Below the pieces are notes generated by a model. It made no database searches, was not told the DNA's origin, and was given only the letters and a program-made list of their open reading frames with translations. Below are positions 8,660-10,949 of a stretch of 10,949 nt of DNA, in pieces (the first letter of the stretch is position 1; every line of letters begins with the position of its first letter). This stretch comes from Octopus sinensis (Eukaryota), in contig NW_021827187.1 in the NCBI RefSeq assembly GCF_006345805.1, positions 1 to 10,949 on the forward strand, given 5' to 3'. A program made the position numbers and the translations under genes.

Positions 8660-9085
8660 TCACGTATTTTCCACAGTATTACGTAGTATTACTATTTCCT
8701 GAATATCCTACACATTGGCAGTACATATCATTACCATTTTCTGTACGCTGTACGTATTTGTAATATTGCTATTTTCTGCGTGTTGTATATCCCTGAAATT
8801 TCGTTGCGTATTTGTTTGCCATTTCTCAATCATTTCCAAGTCACCTGAAATTCTACATTCCTGTGATATTTCTCTTTTCAATCCTCACATTCACCTCTAT
8901 TTCCATATTTGCATGTAAGATAATTTCTGAAAAAATATCCGGTCCTTTTGTATCGATCTCCGTGTCCGTGTGTATTGACATAGCCCCATGTATTACCGCT
9001 TTGTATATTTTCAAAGATCAGTTCTAGTGTTTACTTCTTTCCTATTTGGTATTTCATACCGCGTATGTAATTTCCTGACATATAC
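8660..9085 (-). mobile_element. Decayed R4/Dong-like (RLE-type) non-LTR retrotransposon, C-terminal endonuclease region
   Basis: Minus-strand pieces YVRKLHTRYEIP / KAVIHGAMSIHTDTEIDTKGPDI / NMEIEV / M*GLK / GDLEMIEK / IYNTQKIAIL follow the order of the R4-clade pattern ILWD..IHTDR.I.ANRPDI...DLEIEV.RMW.LK...GALG.I.K...IQKIALLGTA. Heavily degraded, with an internal deletion. Confidence 0.7.
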
Positions 9086-9233
9086 AGGGGAATATGTAGA
9101 GACATGTAGACAAACACTAAGACACACAATCACACATATACACACACTAAGTCATATGTGCATGTGCATATGTATATATATATGTATATATATATATATA
9201 TATGCATGTATACACACACACGTCTATACTTAT

Positions 9234-9537
9234 GTGACTTGGTTGTTAAGGCATTCGGCTTATGATCGTAAGGTCGTGAGTTCAATTCCCGGCGGCGCGT
9301 TGTGTTTTGAGCAAGACGTTTTATTTCTCGTTGGTCCAGTTCACTCAGCTGGTACAAATTAGTTGTGCCTGTGATTGAAAGGGTCGGCCTTGCCACATTC
9401 TGTGTCATGCTGAGAACTACGGGAAGAGCACGTGTGTCTGTGGAGTACTCAGCCACTTGCACGTTAATTCCATGAGCAGGCTGTTCCGTTGATCGGATCG
9501 ACTGGAACACCCGTCGTCGTAACCGACGGTGTGCCAG
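9234..9537 (+). mobile_element. tRNA-derived SINE, family 2 (CORE-like central segment)
   Basis: Degenerate A box tgacttggttg at 9235-9245, B box gagttcaattccc at 9278-9290, then ttgtgttttgagcaagacgttt resembling the start of the MIR/CORE domain. Has 3' hairpins and is flanked by (TA)n. Confidence 0.85.
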
Positions 9538-9559
9538 TTATATATATATATATATATTA

Positions 9560-10100
9560 TCGTTCACACATACTCAATACGTGCGCGCTGGTTGTTTTCC
9601 GGCTGTCTACGATTTAGCGCCGACAGGAGGAAGACTCACTTAAAACACCTGGAAGTCATGAACAGGTGAGACAGCTAACCCCAAATCCCTTTCACAAGTG
9701 ATGGACATCGATGTTTCACCACTTTTGTGGCTTACCAACATCATGTGCGTGAACCAGATTGGGGGCGAACTGAATCACCAGTCCATGGTATATACTAATA
9801 GCATGAAAACCACTTGCTGGTATGCTACGACGATGCATATGTTAGAATAAATTCAACCACGAATTAGGAGCAGCGCTAGTATTGTAAACGTTATCGACCA
9901 CACGTCCAATAAATCTCAGTTGATTCACCAGAAACTATTAGATTACAGGACTCAATAAAAATGTGCAGAGTACTCTTTAATGCAGCTTAACTGAGAGACT
10001 CCGATTACCAGTACTCAGAGTTGCTCGTTTCCGATCATCAGCTTGCAAATCGAACCTTGTTTCCTTTGTATACGTAATTACCTAGGGAACCAACACAAAT
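9560..10100 (-). mobile_element. Probable Penelope-like element pseudo-LTR remnant
   Basis: Non-microsatellite block containing a minimal type I hammerhead fold with palindromic stem III, a configuration known from Penelope-like elements. No RT or GIY-YIG ORF seen, and boundaries are approximate. Confidence 0.45.
9699..9743 (-). ncRNA. Degenerate type I hammerhead ribozyme (core mutated)
   Basis: Minus strand: ugaug UUGGUAA gccac-aaaa-guggu GAAA caucgaug UC^ cauca. Stems I, II and III, GAAA and the GUC triplet are correctly placed, while the CUGAUGA box carries three transitions. Confidence 0.72.
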
Positions 10101-10257
10101 TGGCTAATGACATAAATTTGGAAAGGAATAACTGAAATAGTGATATGCAGAATGACATGCGCAAACAATTAGATCGCAGCACACTTTTGGTGACGAGGTT
10201 GTTCGAGGCAGCTGCGTTTTAAAGTAGACGAAAAGAGGACTAGAAAACGCCAAAATT

Positions 10258-10347
10258 TGTGAGTGTGAGCATGTGTACAAATATACGCATATACGTATGT
10301 GCATGTATATATATATATATATATGTGTATGTGTGTGTATATATATT

Positions 10348-10384
<37 letters not shown>

Positions 10385-10617
10385 GTATATATATATATAT
10401 GCATACATAAACACAGATATACATACATACATGCACAACATATATATATATATACATAAAAATACACAAACGTAGAAAGATAGAAAGATAAATAGATAAA
10501 CATATGTATGTACGTATTTGTATGTATACACATATACATATTGAAGCAATACAGTTAATAGCTACAAAAATTAAAAAGAGGAAGAATTATATATATATAT
10601 ATATATACATACATGCA

Positions 10618-10649
<32 letters not shown>

Positions 10650-10747
10650 CATATATATATATATGTTTGTATATCTATATGTATATATATGTATGTTTAT
10701 ATGTATGTATGTATATATATATATATATATATGTGTGTGTATATATA
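10258..10747. repeat. Compound (TA)n/(TG)n/(CATA)n microsatellite region
   Basis: Read directly, and explains the ORFs at 10104-10785. Confidence 0.93.
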
Positions 10748-10785
10748 AGATTATTTACCGTGGTAATTATTTAGATTCAGTTTGA

Positions 10786-10851
10786 TTCATTATTTGAAAG
10801 ATATATAGCAAACATGTCTTCATTATTTGGAAGCTCCATTGCAAACATGTC
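10786..10851. repeat. 33-bp tandem duplication
   Basis: ttcattatttgaaagatatatagcaaacatgtc followed by ttcattatttggaagctccattgcaaacatgtc. Confidence 0.85.
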
Positions 10852-10949
10852 TCCATTTAGAAATATATCGGATGTAATGGTGTGTTTAGATTGGACAGGA
10901 AATAACGAGGAATGTTTGGTAAAAAAAATAAATTAAATTGAAGTCTGCA

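Overview
Eukaryotic, AT-rich, microsatellite-saturated non-coding DNA (intron or intergenic). It is most likely from an octopus or other coleoid cephalopod, judged from SINE sequences I recognise from memory, not from a search. No host protein-coding gene can be supported, and nearly all supplied ORFs are microsatellite translations. Between the microsatellites lie five tRNA-derived SINE copies (two families), a decayed CR1/L2-type LINE fragment, a decayed R4/Dong-like restriction-like-endonuclease LINE fragment, a LINE-like 3' end inserted in a (GATA)n array, and an unexplained ~200-260 bp unit present three times with a strongly conserved 28-nt core. The highlight is on the minus strand: a type I hammerhead ribozyme with intact catalytic core (3942-4015), a second hammerhead of different sequence with intact stems but a mutated core (9699-9743), and a possible third relic (10000-10054). 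The first two have the palindromic stem III typical of Penelope-associated minimal hammerheads.
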